From a virus: DNA of 64,000 nt. Location of the stretch: positions 16,477 to 80,476 of the IMG/VR virus record IMGVR_UViG_3300045922_000709; one strand, given 5' to 3'. The notes under the pieces were generated by a model, which searched no databases, was not told the DNA's origin, and was given only the letters and a program-made list of their open reading frames with translations. Made by a program: the position numbers and the translations under genes. Numbering within the stretch: the stretch's first letter is position 1; each line of letters opens with the position of its first letter. Shown piece after piece: positions 60,893 through 64,000 of the stretch.

Positions 60893-61448
60893 CTTTGAAC
60901 GCTCCTTTTGCCATTAAACTCAATTCTCCACCTTTTTTAGTTCTAATTTGGTTTTCTTCAATTTTGACTAAATCTTCTAACACTTTAAGTTCTTTAATTA
61001 ATTTTGAAGTGGCCAGCATTGCATCGTCAAGTTTTTTAACACTTTCTAAATCATAAGGGGTGTTGTCTAAGAACTTACTTCTTTCATCAATTTTTTTAGC
61101 AATGGTGTGCATATTTCTTTTAATACAGTTGTCTTGAAGAGATTTATAATCTTCTATAACTTGTTTTATAAGTTTATAGTTTACATTACTTGCATTTGTT
61201 GCAACTTTTTTAAAAAATCCTTCATTTTCCAACCATTGTATTTCTATAAATTTTATTCTTTTTGCTTCTTCAAGATTTTGAAATTTACTATTTATATCCC
61301 AAATAAAATAAATGGCCCACATTATTTTGGAACTAAATTCAGCACCTTGTTGTTCATAGAATTTTTTAAATGATGGAACAGCCAACAGATCTATATTAGA
61401 ATCTATATCCCAAAATATCTTATCTTTTACATATCGTATCGAGAGCAT
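60885..61448 (-). CDS. First gene of the virion operon; possible terminase small subunit
   Basis: 187 aa helical protein (SSKIMWAIYF...SKFQNL) upstream of terL; function inferred from position only. Confidence 0.45.
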   Translation of the reverse strand: MLSIRYVKDKIFWDIDSNIDLLAVPSFKKFYEQQGAEFSSKIMWAIYFIWDINSKFQNLEEAKRIKFIEIQWLENEGFFKKVATNASNVNYKLIKQVIEDYKSLQDNCIKRNMHTIAKKIDERSKFLDNTPYDLESVKKLDDAMLATSKLIKELKVLEDLVKIEENQIRTKKGGELSLMAKGAFKDV

Positions 61449-61484
61449 TGTATAATTTTAATTTGAAATTTGAATAAATTAATT

Positions 61485-61533
61485 GAAGGTTAAGCAAAGG
61501 GTCAACGAAGGGTCGACGAAGGGTTAAACGAAG
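61485..61533. repeat. Imperfect 11-bp tandem repeat (about 4.4 copies)
   Basis: gaaggttaagc / aaagggtcaac / gaagggtcgac / gaagggttaaac / gaag. Confidence 0.75.
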
Positions 61534-62808
61534 AATTTGAGGTAAAGGTTTTTTTGAACCAAATTGATTTGAGGCTCTGTAAGCCACGATCTATGGTTGG
61601 GTGGTATAAATACCCCACTTATAGGAGATCGTCGATTGTAGGGCTTTTAAATGCGGTTTTAGAGCATTCTTTTCCACGGGTTCGGTTTGCAGATTTATCC
61701 CCCCGGGGGTTGGCCTTAAAACGAAAGGTATAGCTATAATCGCGCGCGCGTGCACGTGATTAAATGGAATTTATTAATAAATTAATAAATATTATATTAT
61801 AATATATATTATATATAGTATAGTATATGTATTATATATAATATAATATATAATATTATATGTATTATATCTGAAATCATGATAAAGAAAACTAAACGTG
61901 TATATAGATATATATATAAATATTTCATAAATGTGCAAATAGATATGTTTTAATATTTTAAATGTGTCGATATATATGTGTATAAATGTTTTAATGATTT
62001 TTAATAAATAAATATATGTATATAGATGTATAAATATATATTATTATATATAAATGTGGTGTTTAATATATCGATATTGTTGAAAATATTTGAATAGATA
62101 TGTATTGAAGTGTATATGAGTATGTTTTGTAAATAGATGTTACTATATCTAAAAAAAAAAAAAAAGAGTGTATAGATGTGAACTATCAAGCTAAATTTCC
62201 CCCCGAACGCTTGTTACCTACCTCTTTTCGTATATAATTTTTTATATATACCTCCTATTTTTTCGGGATTTATATATAAATCTAAATAATATACAAAAGT
62301 AGGTATATTAAAATCAAATTGAATTTCGTTTTTAATTTCAAAATTATAAATATCTATATAATTAGATATTTAATTTAGAAACTATCTTGCTTAAAAAAAG
62401 TAAGTTAGTTAATGAAATTAGAAATGGAATTTAATTTTTAGGGGGATTAAGAGTAAATTGTAAATAATTTACTTAAATAAAAGGAATATGATGTTAATTT
62501 ATTTTAATCATCATCATCATCATCATTCGCCTTTCAAATTTAATCCTTTTAATCCCTATTAATATATTCCTAATTCTATAAATAAATATATATATTTCAA
62601 TATATATCCAAAAAGTAATTTTCTTAAAATTCTTTTAATTTCCTGCACTTTTGCTTTTGCTTTGCAAACTTATTTAGCTTTATATAGCTAAATTGCGCAA
62701 AGTAGAAAGTTTTTTACTAAACTTACTAAAAAAGTAAGTTAGTTAAAAAGTGTGTAGGGAATTAAAAAATTTTAATGAAAAAAAGTTGAGAAAAAAAGCG
62801 AAAACGTA

Positions 62809-62838
62809 TTGACAAACGAGAAAAGTTAGCTAACTTTG
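62809..62838 (+). promoter_or_regulatory. Bacteroidota housekeeping-sigma promoter
   Basis: TTG at 62809-62811, 19-nt spacer, TAACTTTG at 62831-62838 (-33/-7 consensus), 55 nt upstream of the ATG at 62894. Confidence 0.75.
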
Positions 62839-62893
62839 TAACGTAATCAATTCAACGTTTCTTTTTTCTCATCTTTTTTTTTCTCTACACAGT

Positions 62894-63226
62894 ATGAAAA
62901 ACATAGTAATTACAGCCCTTTCTGTTGTTGCTTTCGCAACCGTTTTCGCCGCCGGTTTGGCGGTAGTGGAAAACAAACAAACTCCGGAACTTTCGGCCAA
63001 ACTATCCGAAAGTGAGCAAATGGAAAAAGAAGAAATTACACGCCTTATAGGGTGGGCTGAACACGATTTCCGTAATTATGAAAGTATTCCGGGCCTTAGC
63101 CCGGACGAATACGAACTGTTAATGTGTTTAACAGTATCGGAAACACTAAACAAAATTAAAAACGAAAAACAAAAAACGTTAATAAGGAACAAATACTACA
63201 AAATTCTTTACAAACATTCCAAATAA
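62894..63226 (+). CDS. Hypothetical protein with N-terminal signal/TM segment (110 aa)
   Basis: MKNIVITALSVVAFATVFAAGLAVV; first gene behind the host-type promoter. Confidence 0.75.
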   Translation: MKNIVITALSVVAFATVFAAGLAVVENKQTPELSAKLSESEQMEKEEITRLIGWAEHDFRNYESIPGLSPDEYELLMCLTVSETLNKIKNEKQKTLIRNKYYKILYKHSK

Positions 63227-63327
63227 ACTAAACTAACTAACTAACTACCACTAACTAAACTAACTTTTTTTATTATTTTTATAAACATTTTTTCCGACCT
63301 GAACAAGTCGAAAAACTATTCAAAAAT

Positions 63328-63690
63328 ATGTTACCACCAAAAGAATTAGGGGGTAGTGAGGCCCCAAAAATCCAAATCTCAGACCTATTGAAAAAAATAG
63401 GTCAAAAATTCACCTCAAAAGGCTACCTGTTTGGTAGTCCGCAGGTCACCAAAAAAGGTGACCTGCGAATAAAATTCGTGGACACTGAAACATTGATTTC
63501 GGTGTCTATACTTTGCCCGGAACTGGAGCCGGGTGTAATTTACAAGGTTCCACAGTCTTTCATTAACGCACTAAGTGCGTTAATGGAAGACCAAACCCCA
63601 ATTAACGGGGTTAAGTATGTGCACAGTGCGTCGCCGGACGCACTGAAAGAATTGGCAACAGAAACTATTGCCAACTGCACAGCTGTTTAA
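63328..63690 (+). CDS. Hypothetical protein (120 aa)
   Basis: ORF with A-rich leader, followed by a terminator. Confidence 0.75.
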   Translation: MLPPKELGGSEAPKIQISDLLKKIGQKFTSKGYLFGSPQVTKKGDLRIKFVDTETLISVSILCPELEPGVIYKVPQSFINALSALMEDQTPINGVKYVHSASPDALKELATETIANCTAV

Positions 63691-63716
63691 TTTTTATTCT
63701 TTTCTTTTCATTTTTT

Positions 63717-63743
63717 CCCCGCCCTAATAAGGCGGGGTTTTTT
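63717..63743 (+). terminator. Intrinsic terminator
   Basis: CCCCGCC-CTAATAA-GGCGGGG-TTTTTT. Confidence 0.88.
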
Positions 63744-63836
63744 GTTTGTGGTGGTGGTCTCGTTACCACCACCACGCAACCCGGTGGGGTGTGTGCTCAA
63801 CAGCACCACCACCACCACCAAAAAACAGCTGTTGCT

Positions 63837-64000
63837 GTGCACTTATTTAAGTGCATTTGCATCAGCATGTAAGTGTGCACTTATTTAAGTGCATTTGCAT
63901 CAGCATGTAAGTGTGCACTTATTTAAGTGCATTTGCATCAGCATGTAAGTGTGCACTTATTTAAGTGCATTTGCATCAGCATGTAAGTGTGCACTTATTT
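63837..64000. repeat. Perfect 38-bp tandem repeat, at least 4.3 copies, truncated by the window end
   Basis: Unit GTGCACTTATTTAAGTGCATTTGCATCAGCATGTAAGT starts at 63837, 63875, 63913, 63951 and 63989; no spacers. Confidence 0.95.

Larger units (their letters stand above)
61449..62893. other. Long non-coding divergence/control region (candidate origin and/or genome end)
   Basis: 1.45 kb without credible ORFs between divergent gene blocks; contains 11-bp repeats, long hairpins, (CG)5, a near-pure AT tract, A15 and (CAT)6. Confidence 0.7.

Noticed and set aside
21077-61373. Short + strand and alternate-frame ORFs inside virion genes (e.g. 32918, 33209, 46431, 52681, 53768-54722, 56193, 59676, 61107)
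   Set aside because: Nested within long conserved genes; no independent evidence of coding.
14167-61448. Stop-codon reassignment (TAG or TGA) as in some crAss-like phages
   Set aside because: Genes are intact and densely packed under code 11, including a 3780-aa ORF; TGA is used as a normal stop.
62001-62189. 62-aa minus-strand ORF in the control region
   Set aside because: I/Y/N/F low-complexity translation of AT-rich DNA including the A15 tract; TTG start.
62294-62318. Leftward Bacteroidota promoter (TACTTTTG)
   Set aside because: The nearest TTTG is only 13 nt away, too short for the -33/-7 spacing, and the motif is common in AT-rich DNA.
63295-63315. Hammerhead ribozyme (CTGA...GAAA)
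   Set aside because: Core is CTGAACA, not CUGANGA, and stems I and III with a cleavage triplet cannot be built.
63837-64000. CRISPR array
   Set aside because: Units are contiguous and identical with no spacers, and no cas genes are in the window.
61449-64000. tRNA genes in the non-coding stretches
   Set aside because: No cloverleaf with a T-loop GTTCRA and matching acceptor stem found by eye.

Overview
About 64 kb of a very AT-rich crAss-like (Crassvirales) podovirus genome read in standard code 11. The host is most likely a Bacteroidota member: there is a TTG-N19-TAnnTTTG promoter, and gene leaders are A-rich with no Shine-Dalgarno. Three blocks are visible. (1) 1-14.1 kb, + strand, replication and nucleotide metabolism: ThyX fragment, u-spanin-like lipoprotein, PolB, dUTPase, RecT-like annealase, SSB-like protein, primase, RusA-like resolvase, PD-(D/E)XK exonuclease, SF1 helicase, class II RNR. 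It ends at a bidirectional cUUCGg terminator. (2) 14.2-61.4 kb, - strand, virion module in canonical crAss order: terminase, portal, scaffold-like protein, MCP, rings, auxiliary capsid protein, tail hubs, Cys-rich fibre, holin-like genes, IHF-like protein, muzzle, and four large cargo proteins including a 3780-aa virion RNA polymerase with DFDID. (3) A ~1.45 kb structured non-coding divergence region, two small + strand genes, then a hairpin cluster and a perfect 38-bp palindromic tandem array that runs off the window. The most notable items are: a 2307-aa cargo protein with four peptidoglycan-binding-like modules punctuated by eight [YFM]xxGG motifs; the origin/promoter-like control region with a strand-specific G-U-rich long hairpin; and the terminal hairpin-plus-repeat element. 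All calls come from motifs and synteny read by eye; no database searches were run.
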